Below are positions 54,847 through 63,532 of a stretch of 64,000 nucleotides of DNA, in pieces. The notes beneath the pieces were generated by a model. The model was not told where the DNA came from, did no database searches, and saw only the letters and a program-made list of their open reading frames with translations. The position numbers were made by a program, and so were the translations under genes. Source of the DNA: an uncultured Ardenticatenaceae bacterium (lineage in GTDB: Bacteria > Chloroflexota > Anaerolineae > Promineifilales > Promineifilaceae); NCBI GenBank assembly GCA_964581605.1, contig CAZOPF010000001.1:45786-109785 (forward strand), read 5' to 3'. The stretch's first letter is position 1. Each line of letters begins with the position of its first letter.

Positions 54847-57243
54847 TTATTCATACGCCAGGGTTTGCCGCACACTGAGCCGAGAGGCGTTCCAGGCGGG
54901 CAGGAAGCTGGCGAACAGGGCGATAAAAATGATGAGAAAGAGCCAGATGATGGCCCAATCGCTGGCAAAGCGGTAATTGAGCGGCGCTTCCAGCAGTTCC
55001 CGGCCCACCGTGTCGCTGAGGAATTTGCCGATGGGGTAGGCCAACAGGCTGCCAAAGAGCCAGCTAATCAACCCCACAGTGATACCTTCAACCAGGACAA
55101 TTTTCAAGATGGCGTTGTCGGATGCGCCCACAGCCCGCATGACGCCAATTTCGCGGGTGCGCTCCAGGACGTTGATGCTCATGGCCCCGGTCAGCCCCAG
55201 CCCACCCACGAGTGCCAGCAAAACGGCCATGACGGTGAGCAAAACGACGATGATGTTGAACTGGTATTCGATGGTTTCACGCAAATCGGCCGTGACGCTG
55301 CTGTTGGCGATTTCCATGCCCGCGCTTTCAAACTGTTCCCGTAGTTCGCGCTCTAGCTGGCGCTGGAAGGCGGGGCTGTTGTCTGTGCCGATGATCTGCA
55401 CGCCAGCCGATTTGCCTACCTGGCGCAGTTCGCGGGCCAGATAGTCCTGGTTGGCGTAGGCGATGGGGCCGGTGAGAACGCCCTGCACGATGCCGACGAC
55501 ATGCCAGGTGGTTTCACGGCCGTTGTTGACTTTCAGCGTGATCTCATCCCCCAATTGAATGTCCGGTTCTTCCTTGATGACCAATGAGTTCAAGACCAGG
55601 GCGTTTTGGTCGCCGGGCTGCACCCAGCGCCCTTCCAGCAGCGTGGGCTGGATGGTTTGGGCGTTGTCCGGGATGCCGAGCAGGAAGTAGTTCTCGCTTT
55701 CCTCTCCGTCCTCAATCCGTTGGAAACCGGCCCCAATCCAGCTTTCGGCGGCGGCGACGCCGGGCAGTTCATAGGCCAGCCGTTGGATCTCACTGATACG
55801 GTGTTCCTGAGCGAAATCTATGTTCACGTCGTAGGAAAAATAGCGCAGGGCGTCATCGAGTGTACCCAGCAACGAAGCGTGAACGCTGAGGACGCCGACA
55901 AAAATTGCGCCGCCGAGGGTGAGGGTGAAGAGGGTGAGGGCCAGGCGGGCTTTGCGGCGGATGGTGTTGCGCAGGGAGATGCGCATGGGGCGGGAGAGGC
56001 GCAGGATGGTGGCGGAGAGCCAGTTGACAAACCGATCCAGCCAGCCCGCGCCGAAGTGCCCTTTGCCCAGGCCGGTTTCGCTGAGGGCTTCGCGCACGGT
56101 GATGGCCGAGCCACGCACGACGGGTACCATGGCGGCGATGGTAGGTACGAGGAGGGCGACGGCCGTTTGCGTGATGATGACGTTGGTCGGAATACGAAAC
56201 CCGGCCAGATCAAAATTGATGAGGCTGGCGATGTAGCTGCTGAGGGCGTAGGCGGCCAATCCGCCCAGCGGCACAGCCACCAGCAAGGAGAGCAGACCAA
56301 AGATCAACACGCAGATGAGGTACATGACCATAATCTGGCCGCGGCGCGCACCTACGGCTTTCATAATGCCGATTTGTTGGGTATGCTGCGCCAACAGGCC
56401 GTTGATGATGTTGACCACCAGGAATCCGCTGGCGAAGAGGGAGAGGAAGCCGAGGATGCCCAAAATTGCCAGGAGGGGTTGTACCACGTCGTTGGCGGGG
56501 TGTTCACCGGGTTCGGGTATCCAGGTGAAGAAATGGTTCATGCCGGCGCGTTCGATTTTGTCTTCGACGCGGCCGGCGACTTTTTCGATTTGGGCGGTGG
56601 TGACGTTTTCTTCGGCCAGGCGGATGTGCAGTTGGTCGAAGTCACGGCCGTGACCCAACCAGTCCATCGTTTCCACATTTACATAGCCGTAGGGTTCGTT
56701 GGTGAACTGCACGGGTTCGGTGAAGATGTCGTGGACTGTTCCTACAATAGGGAGTGTGCGGGTACGGCCGTCGGCCGTTTCCACCTGTATGATGTCGCCC
56801 ATTTCGGCGTGGGTGTAAGGCAGGGAGGTGCGCTCAATGACAACGGCCCGGTCGGGCGGCGGCCATGTGCCACTCACCGGGGCGAGTGTGTGCAGCACCA
56901 TCTGCTCAAAGTCAGGCCGGGCGGTGAGGTGCAACCGCACCTCTTCGCCGTCGGCAGTGTGCAGGATGACGGTGAATTCACGGCGGGCATCTACCTGGGA
57001 GACGCCGTCTACTTTTTCAATCACACCCAGGAAGTCTGGCGCGAAACTTTCCATGTTGAGGATGGCGTGGGCGGGATGGGTCACGGTGTAAGCGTCGGAC
57101 AGGTCTTCGGACAATAGGGTTTGGGTGCCCGAAATCATGCCCACGGCCAGGACACCGATGGCTATGGAGAGGACAACCAGCACGGTACGCACTTTGTTGC
57201 CGCCCAGGTCTTTGAGGATTTTTTGCCAGCGTGGTCTTAACAT
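54847..57243 (-). CDS. ABC transporter permease with two FtsX-type domains (MacB/DevC-like)
   Basis: 798 aa. N-terminal MLRPRWQKILKDLGGNKVRT is typical of FtsX-family permeases. There are two 4-TM blocks, each preceded by a large extracytoplasmic domain, and two GVMRAVGA / GIMKAVGA motifs. Confidence 0.9.
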   Translation of the reverse strand: MLRPRWQKILKDLGGNKVRTVLVVLSIAIGVLAVGMISGTQTLLSEDLSDAYTVTHPAHAILNMESFAPDFLGVIEKVDGVSQVDARREFTVILHTADGEEVRLHLTARPDFEQMVLHTLAPVSGTWPPPDRAVVIERTSLPYTHAEMGDIIQVETADGRTRTLPIVGTVHDIFTEPVQFTNEPYGYVNVETMDWLGHGRDFDQLHIRLAEENVTTAQIEKVAGRVEDKIERAGMNHFFTWIPEPGEHPANDVVQPLLAILGILGFLSLFASGFLVVNIINGLLAQHTQQIGIMKAVGARRGQIMVMYLICVLIFGLLSLLVAVPLGGLAAYALSSYIASLINFDLAGFRIPTNVIITQTAVALLVPTIAAMVPVVRGSAITVREALSETGLGKGHFGAGWLDRFVNWLSATILRLSRPMRISLRNTIRRKARLALTLFTLTLGGAIFVGVLSVHASLLGTLDDALRYFSYDVNIDFAQEHRISEIQRLAYELPGVAAAESWIGAGFQRIEDGEESENYFLLGIPDNAQTIQPTLLEGRWVQPGDQNALVLNSLVIKEEPDIQLGDEITLKVNNGRETTWHVVGIVQGVLTGPIAYANQDYLARELRQVGKSAGVQIIGTDNSPAFQRQLERELREQFESAGMEIANSSVTADLRETIEYQFNIIVVLLTVMAVLLALVGGLGLTGAMSINVLERTREIGVMRAVGASDNAILKIVLVEGITVGLISWLFGSLLAYPIGKFLSDTVGRELLEAPLNYRFASDWAIIWLFLIIFIALFASFLPAWNASRLSVRQTLAYE

Positions 57244-57245
57244 TT

Positions 57246-57325
57246 CAGTGAACAGTGAACAGTGAACAGTGAGCGGTCAGCAAGAAACACAACTGCTTAC
57301 TGCTCACGGCTCACTGCTCACTAAC
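57246..57325. repeat. Heptamer-word imperfect hairpin (CAGTGAA / CTGCTCA words)
   Basis: CAGTGAA x3, CAGTGAG, CGGTCAG, a loop, then CTGCTTA CTGCTCA CGGCTCA CTGCTCA. About 19 of 22 positions pair between 57261-57282 and 57301-57322. It fills the ATPase-permease spacer. Same word family as 32218-32266. Confidence 0.8.
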
Positions 57326-58080
57326 TAATGATGAACTTCGTCTACGATACGGCCGTCGGCAATCACAATGGTGCGGGTAACGCGGCTGGCCAGTTCGTTG
57401 TCATGTGTAACCATGAGGATGGTTTTGCCTTCGCCGATGAGCCGTTGGAATAGTTTGAAGATGGAATCGGCCGTTTTGGAGTCCAGGTTGCCGGTGGGTT
57501 CGTCGGCAGCCAGAATGGGCGGGTCGTTGGCCAGGGCGCGAGCGATGGCCACGCGCTGTTGCTGGCCGCCGGAGACTTCGGAGGGCAGTTTGTAGGCCTG
57601 GTCGGCCATGTCTACCAGTTCCAGCAGGTGCAGGGCGCGTTCGCTGCGCTCTTTCTGGCTGTACATGTTGCAGAAGTCCATGGGCAGCATGATGTTTTCG
57701 ATGCAGGTGAGCATGGGTAGTAGCTGGAAGAATTGGAAGATGACGCCCACAGTACGGCCGCGCCATTCGGCCATGGGGCCTTCTTTGAGGGTGTGTACGG
57801 CCGTGCCGTTGATGTTCACTTGCCCGGCGGTGGGGCGGTCTATGCCGGTGATCATGTTGATGAGCGTGGTCTTGCCGCTGCCCGATTTGCCCACGACGGC
57901 CACAAATTCGCCCCGGTCAATTTGCAGGTCTACACCATTCAGGGCAATGAATTCACCGACGGGGGTGATGAACGCTTTCATCACCTGCTGCAAATCTATG
58001 AGGTGGGTGGGGGTAGGGGAATCGCCGTTGGCGGCACGGCCGTTGGCTTTGTTATCGCTGCGAAAAAACTGCTTTATCAT
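57325..58080 (-). CDS. ABC transporter ATP-binding protein (MacB/LolD-type)
   Basis: The start is taken at ATG 58080 (MIKQFF). Walker [10 protein letters not shown], signature [15 protein letters not shown], Walker [14 protein letters not shown]-loop MVTHD. The longer track ORF would overlap a consensus + strand promoter. Confidence 0.93.
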   Translation of the reverse strand: MIKQFFRSDNKANGRAANGDSPTPTHLIDLQQVMKAFITPVGEFIALNGVDLQIDRGEFVAVVGKSGSGKTTLINMITGIDRPTAGQVNINGTAVHTLKEGPMAEWRGRTVGVIFQFFQLLPMLTCIENIMLPMDFCNMYSQKERSERALHLLELVDMADQAYKLPSEVSGGQQQRVAIARALANDPPILAADEPTGNLDSKTADSIFKLFQRLIGEGKTILMVTHDNELASRVTRTIVIADGRIVDEVHH

Positions 58081-58163
58081 ACAACAGAACCTTAAACAGG
58101 GTGGGTTGCCAAAACCAGCCCCTATACGGCATGTTTTTGGCAGAGTTGCCGGTTTGGGCAAAA

Positions 58164-58192
58164 TTGACAAGCCCTAAGTGTACCGTTATAAT
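58164..58192 (+). promoter_or_regulatory. Consensus sigma70-type promoter (TTGACA-17 nt-TATAAT), probably the distal rpsA promoter
   Basis: Both hexamers are perfect, at 58164-58169 and 58187-58192. This would give a ~240-nt AT-rich leader before rpsA ATG 58441. Confidence 0.5.
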
Positions 58193-58261
58193 CCCCCGCT
58201 TGGGTACTGTTGGCTGGATCATTCTCATTTTGGCGTCGCTTACCAATTTGTAAACCTGTGA

Positions 58262-58290
58262 AATACCTGAATTTTAGCCATTCAGGTATT
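58262..58290 (+). promoter_or_regulatory. Perfect 11-bp hairpin in the putative rpsA leader
   Basis: AATACCTGAAT - TTTAGCC - ATTCAGGTATT. Confidence 0.35.
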
Positions 58291-58388
58291 CTCGGAGGCA
58301 TTTGTACCACAAAGTATAAACCTGATTATCGGTTCGTAAACGACACATATTTTGAAAATGACTCGGCCAGTCCCACAAAAAAGCTTGG

Positions 58389-58417
58389 TTGACTGCCGAG
58401 TTTTTTTATCCTATACC
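58389..58417 (+). promoter_or_regulatory. Second, weaker promoter candidate proximal to rpsA (TTGACT-17 nt-TATACC)
   Basis: -35 at 58389-58394 and -10 at 58412-58417, about 24 nt upstream of the ATG. Confidence 0.3.
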
Positions 58418-58440
58418 ACTTGAGAAGAGATTGTTGAAGC

Positions 58441-59814
58441 ATGATGGAAGATACCAATTTTGAAGAATTTTTGGAAACGCACAATTATGAACTGCCTGAG
58501 GTTGGCGACATCCGCAAAGGGATTATTGTGGCAGTGACGCAGCAAGGGGTCATTGTGGATTTGGGCCTGAAGCGGGATGGCATTGTGCCCAGCACAGACT
58601 TGGCTAAACTGGAACCGGAAGAGCGAGCCGAACTGCGCGTCAATGATGAGATTTCTGTGTATGTGATGAACACGGAAGCGCCAGACAGCTTGCAGGTATC
58701 TATCCATCTGGCAAAGATGAACCAGGATTGGATTGAAGCCGAAGAGTTGATGAAAACGGGCGATATTTTTGAAGGGGAAGTGATTGGCTATAACAAAGGG
58801 GGGGCCATTGTGCCTTACGGCCGTCTGCGTGGCTTTATTCCCGCTTCCCATCTGGCTGTGCTCACGCGCGGCTTGAATGACCGGCAGCGCCAGCAAAAAT
58901 TAGCCAAACTGCGCGGCACAAAAATTCCGTTGAAGGTGATTGAAGTAGATCGCCAGCGCCGCCGCCTGGTCTTTTCGCAACGTGACGCGCAAAAAGAGTG
59001 GGACGAATTGCAAAAAGGGGAACTGCTGGATCGGCTGCAAGAAGGGGATACGCTGCACGGCCGTGTGAGCGGACTGCGTGACTTTGGCATCTTTGTAGAT
59101 TTGGGCGGCGTGGATGGGCTGGTGCATATTTCTGAACTGGCCTGGCACCGCATTGACCATCCCCGCGAAGTGGTAAAAGTGGGCGATGAAATTGATGTCT
59201 ACGTGATGAAAATTGACCGCGACGACCAGCGTATCAGCCTCAGCCGCAAGAAGATGTTGCCCAATCCCTGGGATACGGTGGAACAACGATACCACATCAA
59301 CCAGTTGGTGGAAGGTTGCATTACGCGCATTGTAGATTATGGCGCGTTTGCCGAAATTGAACCGGGCGTGGAAGGGCTTTTGCATCTGTCACAGCTTTCA
59401 CGCGGCCAGGTGGAAAATGCCGGGGAAGTGGTCAAGGAAGGCGAAGTTCACCTGTTGCGAGTGGTCAGCATTGAGAAAGACCGGCAGCGTATTGGCCTGA
59501 GCCTGCGCCAGGTGAGCGCGAACGAGCAGATTGAGTGGATGTCTCGCAAGCAGGCAGAAGCGGACGCAAAAGCGGATGCCAAAGCTGCCAGCAAGCAGGA
59601 ATCCGGCAAACCGGCCGCTAAAGTGAAAACGGCCGTACCCGCGGAAACCGCCGTAGAAGAAGCTGAAGAGGTTGAGGAAATAGCCGGGGCAATGACCGAC
59701 AGCGTGGAAATGGCAGATGCGGTAATAGAAGCGGAAGAAACTGTGATCGAGATCATGGATATGGAAGATTTTGCTCCTGCCATTGAAGAAGCAGAAGAAG
59801 TTGAAGAGAGCTAA
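58441..59814 (+). CDS. rpsA: 30S ribosomal protein S1 (four S1 domains plus an acidic C-terminal tail)
   Basis: 457 aa. Repeated S1-domain motifs (GDIRKGIIVAV, GDIFEGEVIGYNKGGAIV, GDTLHGRVSGLRDFGIFVDL, NQLVEGCITRIVDYGAFAEI). Tail rich in E and A. Confidence 0.9.
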   Translation: MMEDTNFEEFLETHNYELPEVGDIRKGIIVAVTQQGVIVDLGLKRDGIVPSTDLAKLEPEERAELRVNDEISVYVMNTEAPDSLQVSIHLAKMNQDWIEAEELMKTGDIFEGEVIGYNKGGAIVPYGRLRGFIPASHLAVLTRGLNDRQRQQKLAKLRGTKIPLKVIEVDRQRRRLVFSQRDAQKEWDELQKGELLDRLQEGDTLHGRVSGLRDFGIFVDLGGVDGLVHISELAWHRIDHPREVVKVGDEIDVYVMKIDRDDQRISLSRKKMLPNPWDTVEQRYHINQLVEGCITRIVDYGAFAEIEPGVEGLLHLSQLSRGQVENAGEVVKEGEVHLLRVVSIEKDRQRIGLSLRQVSANEQIEWMSRKQAEADAKADAKAASKQESGKPAAKVKTAVPAETAVEEAEEVEEIAGAMTDSVEMADAVIEAEETVIEIMDMEDFAPAIEEAEEVEES

Positions 59815-59827
59815 AAATTATCTGATG

Positions 59828-59863
59828 AAGACCCTAAGAGTTTTAGAAAACCCTTAGGGTCTT
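59828..59863. repeat. Hairpin after rpsA (AAGACCCTAAG / CTTAGGGTCTT)
   Basis: An 11-bp perfect stem with a 14-nt loop that can partly pair (GTTTT/AAAAC). There is no clear U-tract. The arm resembles the AGACC....GGTTT family. Confidence 0.7.
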
Positions 59864-59878
59864 TGTCAACTACTCAGT

Positions 59879-60130
59879 ATGGCAAAAAACGACAAGCTGG
59901 AAGTGGAAGGCACGATTGTGGAACTGCTGCCCAACACCCAATTCAAGGTGGAATTGGATAATGGGCATCATGTGTTGGCATACCTGTCTGGCCGTATGCG
60001 TAAGTATTACATTCGCATCTTGCTGGGCGACCGGGTGCGCGTAGAGATGACGCCGTATGATCTGGCACGCGGCCGTATCACTTACCGCTACCGCAATCGC
60101 GCCGAAGCAGGCGCTCCTATCGAAGAGTAG
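59879..60130 (+). CDS. infA: Translation initiation factor IF-1
   Basis: 83 aa. [67 protein letters not shown] is a canonical IF-1 S1 fold, with an 11-aa C-terminal extension. Confidence 0.95.
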   Translation: MAKNDKLEVEGTIVELLPNTQFKVELDNGHHVLAYLSGRMRKYYIRILLGDRVRVEMTPYDLARGRITYRYRNRAEAGAPIEE

Positions 60131-60171
60131 CCAGACTGCCCCATCTCGTTTGTAAGCCTGAATGGAACAAT

Positions 60172-60209
60172 AAACACGCTGCGCCAAAACCGCAGCGTGT
60201 TTTGTTTTG
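60172..60209 (+). terminator. Rho-independent terminator after infA
   Basis: ACACGCTGCG-CCAAAAC-CGCAGCGTGT (10-bp stem) followed by TTTTGTTTTG. Confidence 0.85.
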
Positions 60210-60219
60210 AGGACACATC

Positions 60220-61689
60220 TTGGAATTACAACACGATTGGCTTCTCAGCCGGGTGCAGGCAGCACCTACCCAAATGGCCTTGTGGATGGGCGAGCGGCAG
60301 TGGAGCTATGCCGAACTAAACCACCTGGTGAACGGTTGTTGTGCCCGGCTGGCGGAGATGGGAGTACGGCCGTATGACTTTGTGGGCGTCCTCATGCCCA
60401 ATTCACTGCTCTATGTCTGCCTGGTTCACGCCCTGGCGCGGCTGGGTGCGGTGCTGGTGCCCCTGAATACGCGCCTGACGCCCGCTGAATGGCAGTGGCA
60501 GGCGGAGCATGTGGGCTGCAAACTGGTGTTGTGTGCGCCAGAGATAGTGGCGACGGAGCAATCCCCCATTCGCCTGGAATTGATGGATGAGACATGGTTG
60601 GTTGGGGAAACGGCCGTGCCTTCGGCCGTCAGTTTTTCGCTGGATCGGATACAGGCGGTGGTGTTTACATCGGGCACATCAGGACGGCCGAAAGGGGCCA
60701 TGCTCACCTTTGCTAACCATTTTTACAGCGCCCTGGCTTCGGCGTATGGCCTGGGGGTGCAGCCGGATGATCTCTGGTTAAGCTGCCTGCCGTTGTACCA
60801 TGTGGGTGGGCTGGCCGTTATCTGGCGCAGTTGTCTGGCGGGCACGGCCGTAGACCTGCACCCCAAATTTGACCTGACGGCCGTAAACGACAGCCTGAAC
60901 CACAAACCCATCACGCTCATCTCTCTGGTGCCTACCATGCTGGCGCGGTTGCTGGAAAGCCGGGCAAGCTGGCCGGAGACGCTGCGATTGGCGCTCATTG
61001 GCGGGGCCGCGCTGCCGCCAGATTTGCTGGCCGCGGCGTTGCGGGTGGGTGTGCCCATTGCCACCACGTATGGGCTAACGGAAGCGGCGTCGCAGGTGGC
61101 GACGATGCGCCCGGAAGATGTCGAACGCAAACCAGGCAGTGTGGGACGGCCGTTGCTTTTTACCACCGTGCGTATAATGGACGACGACGGCCGTGAGTGC
61201 CCCCCTGGCGAAATTGGCGAAATTGTGGTCAGCGGCCCCACCGTGATGGCCGGATATTGGGATGAAGCGACATTAGCTGACAATACATTTCACACCGGGG
61301 ACATGGGGTATGTGGATGGGGATGGTGATTTGTGGGTGGTGCAGCGGCGCAGCGACCTGATTGTGACGGGTGGTGAGAATGTATATCCGGCGGAAGTGGA
61401 GGCGGTGCTGAAAAGCCATCCAGCGGTGACAGCCGTTTGTGTAGTGGGGCTGCCAGATGCGGAATGGGGACAGGTGGTCGTGGCGGCAGTGGTGGTGGGG
61501 AAGGCGGGTACGGCCGTGACCGCCCAGGAACTCACCCACTTTTGCCGGGAACGTCTGGCCGGTTACAAAACCCCCCGCCAGATTTACTTTGTAGACGACC
61601 TGCCCTTAACTGCCTCCGGTAAAATTGCCCGGCCAGAAGTAGCGCAGATAGTGGGGATACGGAATGCCGGAGTATCGTCCTCGTTGTAA
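60220..61689 (+). CDS. menE: AMP-dependent acyl-CoA synthetase/ligase, possibly o-succinylbenzoate-CoA ligase
   Basis: 489 aa with an apparent TTG start at 60220. AMP-binding motif VVFTSGTSGRPKGAM, YGLTEA, GDMGYVDGDGDLWVVQRRSDLI, and a C-terminal SGKIAR Lys. The size and LIGGAALPP pattern fit MenE, but substrate assignment is uncertain. Confidence 0.6.
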   Translation: MELQHDWLLSRVQAAPTQMALWMGERQWSYAELNHLVNGCCARLAEMGVRPYDFVGVLMPNSLLYVCLVHALARLGAVLVPLNTRLTPAEWQWQAEHVGCKLVLCAPEIVATEQSPIRLELMDETWLVGETAVPSAVSFSLDRIQAVVFTSGTSGRPKGAMLTFANHFYSALASAYGLGVQPDDLWLSCLPLYHVGGLAVIWRSCLAGTAVDLHPKFDLTAVNDSLNHKPITLISLVPTMLARLLESRASWPETLRLALIGGAALPPDLLAAALRVGVPIATTYGLTEAASQVATMRPEDVERKPGSVGRPLLFTTVRIMDDDGRECPPGEIGEIVVSGPTVMAGYWDEATLADNTFHTGDMGYVDGDGDLWVVQRRSDLIVTGGENVYPAEVEAVLKSHPAVTAVCVVGLPDAEWGQVVVAAVVVGKAGTAVTAQELTHFCRERLAGYKTPRQIYFVDDLPLTASGKIARPEVAQIVGIRNAGVSSSL

Positions 61690-61712
61690 AGCCGCCACGC
61701 TTACTTTATAAT
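61684..61712 (+). promoter_or_regulatory. Promoter candidate for the lipoprotein gene (TTGTAA-17 nt-TATAAT)
   Basis: -35 at 61684-61689 overlaps the ligase stop codon. -10 at 61707-61712. GAGGAGAGG RBS before ATG 61736. Confidence 0.4.
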
Positions 61713-61735
61713 CCCTCCATGCTGAGGAGAGGATT

Positions 61736-63529
61736 ATGAGACAAACTGTGATTGTTCTATTGGCTTGCGGGTTGATTTTTCTGCTGGTCGCTTGTGGCGA
61801 TCTGGCCAGTGAAATTGTAGGCGCTACCGCTACACCAGAGAGACCAACAGATACCCCACCAACTGCCACGCTCCCCCCTACGACTGAACCAACAGCTACC
61901 CAATCTGTTTCTACCGAGGTACAACAAGGCATTGCGGCCGTAGACAGTGTGGATGTGCAAATGATGGAATCGTTCCCCGTGCAGGTAAACGCCCGGGCAC
62001 AGGGTAATTTGCCAGATGGCTGCACCCTTATTGAGCAGAGTCGTGTTGAACAACAAGAAAACACCTTTGTTGTCACCATTTCCACCATTCGGCCGGCCGA
62101 TATGCTTTGCACCCAGGCGGTTGTGCCCTTTGAGGAGATCGTGTCGCTGGATGTGGAAGGGCTGCCTGCGGGCACGTATACGGTAGATGTGAATGGAGTC
62201 ACCACCACCTTTACTTTGGATGTAGACAATGTGCAGCCAACCGAACCGGCCGCCACGCCTACCGTTGCAGACTCAGCCAGTGCCATCATCAACGGCCGTG
62301 TCTGGCATGATCTCTGCACTGTTCTCACCGATGAAACTGGTGGGCAAATTGCTCTTTCCACCGGTTGTGTGCCGCTCAATGAAGGTACAGCCTTTGAGGC
62401 AAACGGCCGTCTGGAAGATGGCGAACCAGGCATAAGCGACATCACCGTGAGCCTGGGCAGTGGCCCATGCCCGGCCGACGGTCTGGCCACCACACTAACC
62501 GATGCCGATGGGGATTATCTGTTTGAGGGATTGACGGCCGGTGATTACTGCGTCTCCATTGACACGGAAGCGGCCGAAAATGCGGCCATGCTGCCTGGCG
62601 TCTGGACGTATCCGGGGGTTAATGTGACGGCCGTTACCCTGGCCGATGGTGAAATCAAAACCGATGTCAACTTTGGTTGGGACTTTGCTCAACTGCCTGA
62701 ACCAGACGTAGACCTGGCCAATTGCACCAACAGTATGGCTTTCCTGGCCGATCTGAGCATTCCAGACGACACGGTCATTGCCCCCGGCGAAACTTTTGAA
62801 AAGGGCTGGCGGCTGCGCAACAGCGGTACCTGCCCCTGGACAACCGGCTATGCCCTCACCTTTGCTGGTGGCGAGCAAATGGGCGCACCGGAAACGGCCC
62901 CTCTGCCAAACCCGGTTGCCCCTGGCGAAGAAGTCAGCGTTTTTATAGATTTTGTAGCCCCGGAAACGGTAGGCACATACCGCAGTGATTGGTTAATGAC
63001 AACGGCCGCCGGGCAGATTTTTGGTGTGGATGGTTTTGCCGACCAGGTGATCTGGACGCAAATAGTGGTTGGTGTGCCGGAGCCAACGGCCGAACCCAAT
63101 TCGGCCGCCATTGGTGGTGTGGTGTGGGAAGATATCTGCTTTATCCGCGCCGATGGCTCCCCCTCGCCCGGTTGCGTGGAAATTGAAGGTACCGGCCAAT
63201 TTCGGGGAGATGGCTCACTCATCAACGAGCCACGCCTGGCGGGTGTAACGGTGATATTGGCTGAAGGCGCTTGCCCGGATACCGGAGCGCCATTGGCTGA
63301 TGCTATTTTACAAACGGCCGTAACCGACGCCGATGGCCTTTACCGGTTTACGAACCTGGACGAAGGTCTGTACTGCGTCGCCATTGATGCCCTCAGCCCG
63401 GCCAATGTAAATCTGTTTATTCCAGGTAATTGGACCTGGCCGGCACCCGGCACTGGCGGCCAGGGCGTTAACCTGGCTGCTGGCGAGCAGCGCCTGGAAG
63501 TAGATTTTGGTTGGGATTATCAGGAGTAA
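61736..63529 (+). CDS. Secreted lipoprotein with SdrD-B/Cna-B-like repeats and an NBR1-like Ig-fold domain
   Basis: 597 aa. Signal plus lipobox LLVAC. Three TDADG.Y.F..L..G.YCV repeats. A central segment, PGETFEKGWRLRNSGTCPW..GYALTF..G, resembles NBR1-FW-type domains. The function is unknown. Confidence 0.6.
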   Translation: MRQTVIVLLACGLIFLLVACGDLASEIVGATATPERPTDTPPTATLPPTTEPTATQSVSTEVQQGIAAVDSVDVQMMESFPVQVNARAQGNLPDGCTLIEQSRVEQQENTFVVTISTIRPADMLCTQAVVPFEEIVSLDVEGLPAGTYTVDVNGVTTTFTLDVDNVQPTEPAATPTVADSASAIINGRVWHDLCTVLTDETGGQIALSTGCVPLNEGTAFEANGRLEDGEPGISDITVSLGSGPCPADGLATTLTDADGDYLFEGLTAGDYCVSIDTEAAENAAMLPGVWTYPGVNVTAVTLADGEIKTDVNFGWDFAQLPEPDVDLANCTNSMAFLADLSIPDDTVIAPGETFEKGWRLRNSGTCPWTTGYALTFAGGEQMGAPETAPLPNPVAPGEEVSVFIDFVAPETVGTYRSDWLMTTAAGQIFGVDGFADQVIWTQIVVGVPEPTAEPNSAAIGGVVWEDICFIRADGSPSPGCVEIEGTGQFRGDGSLINEPRLAGVTVILAEGACPDTGAPLADAILQTAVTDADGLYRFTNLDEGLYCVAIDALSPANVNLFIPGNWTWPAPGTGGQGVNLAAGEQRLEVDFGWDYQE

Positions 63530-63532
63530 CAC

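Noticed and set aside
55606-57117. A 503-aa + strand ORF, and similar long ORFs at 39141-40148 (+), 53813-54655 (+), 44361-45185 (+), 61606-62493 (-), 35043-35477 (+) and 40221-40649 (+).
   Set aside because: All lie antisense to genes with unmistakable family motifs (FtsX permease, truB/nrnA, HlyD, nusA, lipoprotein, ABC permease). Their Gly/Ala/Arg/Asp-rich, low-complexity translations are typical of open antisense frames in GC-rich coding DNA. They have no RBS and no recognisable motifs.
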